Below, piece after piece: positions 61,886 through 64,000 of a DNA stretch of 64,000 nt. Numbering within the stretch: the first letter of the stretch is position 1; each line of letters begins with the position of its first letter. This DNA comes from Vicugna vicugna (Eukaryota), in NCBI GenBank assembly GCA_013265495.1, contig MU057640.1, forward strand, positions 1,745,303 to 1,809,302, written 5' to 3'. The notes below the pieces were generated by a model that saw only the letters and a program-made list of their open reading frames with translations, had not been told where the DNA came from and searched no databases. Position numbers and translations under genes: made by a program.

Positions 61886-63356
61886 CTCCATTCACAGAGG
61901 GCAGAAAGATGGCTGCTCCTAAATGCTCAGATATACAGTCTTCTTTGGAGTTTCATACAAAAAGAGAAAGTATTCTGAAGGATTTAAAAAATGCCAAAAG
62001 TTGAAAATTAAATCTAAATTGCAGTTCCCACCTAGTCCAATTGTAAATCTGAGTTATATATTTCCCTGAATATGTATTTAAAAAAATCAATAAAATTTAA
62101 GTTATGAGACAACATATGAATTAAGTCAATTTCATCACAGTTATAAATATTTTAAATTACAACTACACACTATAAATCACAGGAAAAAAATTCAAGTAAT
62201 AGAACAAGAAGAGCGGAGGAAAATAAAAGGCGAAGTTATTAAAGCGGGATTGAGCAATAAGAACTGCACCATTTAGATAATTTTGTTTGAACAGATTTTA
62301 CTTGATTAACTGAACTGCATATGAATAAGTTCAAGAGCTAAGACTCTTAAAATAAAAGGCAATCAATCCTTTCTTTAAATTCCTGGACATTCATCTTCTT
62401 GTTTGGAAAGCAAAAGTATTTTCTTCCCAGAACTGACCCAGCAGAGCTTGCTCCAAGTGGGAGAAGCAGAGTGGCCGGGGCCCTCACGGCGCTGGAGCCC
62501 ATCCGAAATGTGGACACGGGAGTGGCAGGAGTGTTCACAGGACCGATTCACCGACTGTTGGCTCCGGGAAATGCCAGTGATGAAGCTATGTATATCTTGA
62601 GATTGAGTGTTCACTTTAAAGGAAACATCCAATTTCCTGGCATGAAGTACAGACTACTAACAGAAAAATGAGCAGCATGATTCCTGCTATGTATGTTTAT
62701 CAGGAAAGGGAGGGGGTTAATCCCAAAGGCAATTTAAATAAATGGTATTTTATTTTTATATATAAATAAATGCTCTGAGAAATCTCAGACTTTAGTGCAT
62801 TGTTGTAAAAAATTAGTGCAGTTTTTTTTCATTAAAGTTTTTAGCGCTCAAGGAATAAGATAAACCTGTGTCTGTTCATAGTCTCTTTCCCTGTACATTA
62901 AACTTTTATACTGCTATATGTTAAACTGAAGTTTTCTACACTGATCTGTTTTTAAAAATCAAGGTAAATGGATTTCATGTTCTATGACAAAACATGGCAA
63001 TTATTTTTGGCAAAGAAATTAGAAAAATATGAGATCATAGTTTAGAAATCAAGAGTTTGTTGATTTAAAGCATAGGCAATGCATAGGAAAGGATGTATTT
63101 TAACAGAACTTTATCCTTCATGCAAAATGTTTTCTCGGCAGCTAACTTAAAAAAATATTTCAGCTTTATTTGGGGATGGAGACAGTGTCAGAGTCAGGGT
63201 GAATGGTGAAGGAGAGGTGCTTAACCAAGCCCACTCTATGTTCAAGTCTCTCCTGCAGGATCAAAGTGATACCCGCAGGCATCTTCTGCTAGCTCCTCTT
63301 TTCTTCCAATGTCTTGGAATTTTGAGGGAAAAGAAATGTAGTTATAAAACACTGGC

Positions 63357-63497
<141 letters not shown>

Positions 63498-63621
63498 CTA
63501 ACAATTCAGAATAAAACAAGCAGTTAGTGGCAGAGAACTTGCATACACTCGTAGCCTCTATCCTTAAGATCAGAGGTAGTAATTCAGTTTGATAATTAAG
63601 CATAAGTAGATAAATCAGCTA

Positions 63622-63843
<222 letters not shown>

Positions 63844-64000
63844 CTACATTGTAAATAAACATGGATCATTTCCAATTCATTTCTCCCCTGACGATGAAAA
63901 ATTACATACTCCCAAACAAGACTTCTTTCACAGAACTCTATGTGTCTCAAATTCTCCACTGCCTACAACGGAATAAAAAACACCCGAAAGGGCCACCTCC

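Larger units (their letters stand above)
57850..63356 (-). other. PCNX1: PCNX1 long 3' UTR (~5.5 kb; distal end inferred)
   Basis: AT-rich, nearly repeat-free sequence following the stop codon, containing several miRNA seed matches and ending at AATAAA followed by U-rich sequence. The length agrees with my recollection of a multi-kb mammalian PCNX1 UTR. Confidence 0.7.

Overview
Mammalian genomic DNA, very probably camelid (alpaca/llama/camel), judged from three tRNA-Ala-derived Vic-type SINEs and cetartiodactyl-type L1 3' ends. The only supportable protein-coding sequence is the last two coding exons of PCNX1 (pecanex 1) on the minus strand (63703-63843 and 63357-63497). These are followed by an AT-rich 3' UTR of about 5.5 kb ending near an AATAAA at 57869-57874. 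The first ~52.5 kb is GC-richer, apparently intergenic sequence packed with interspersed repeats (MIR, L2, L1M and younger L1, MaLR/ERV1 solo LTRs, hAT/Tigger MITEs). It includes a degraded but recognisable ERVL provirus with both LTR16-like LTRs (48.5-52.4 kb). Almost all ORFs in the supplied track are chance or repeat-derived. I found no evidence for a new biological system. The most notable observations are nested insertions with intact target-site duplications, an unexplained ~120 bp local duplication, a CpG-enriched patch with a perfect E2F palindrome, strong CTCF motifs at a compositional boundary, and miRNA seed clusters in the UTR. Repeat family names were assigned by eye from remembered consensus sequences, so subfamily names and ends are approximate.
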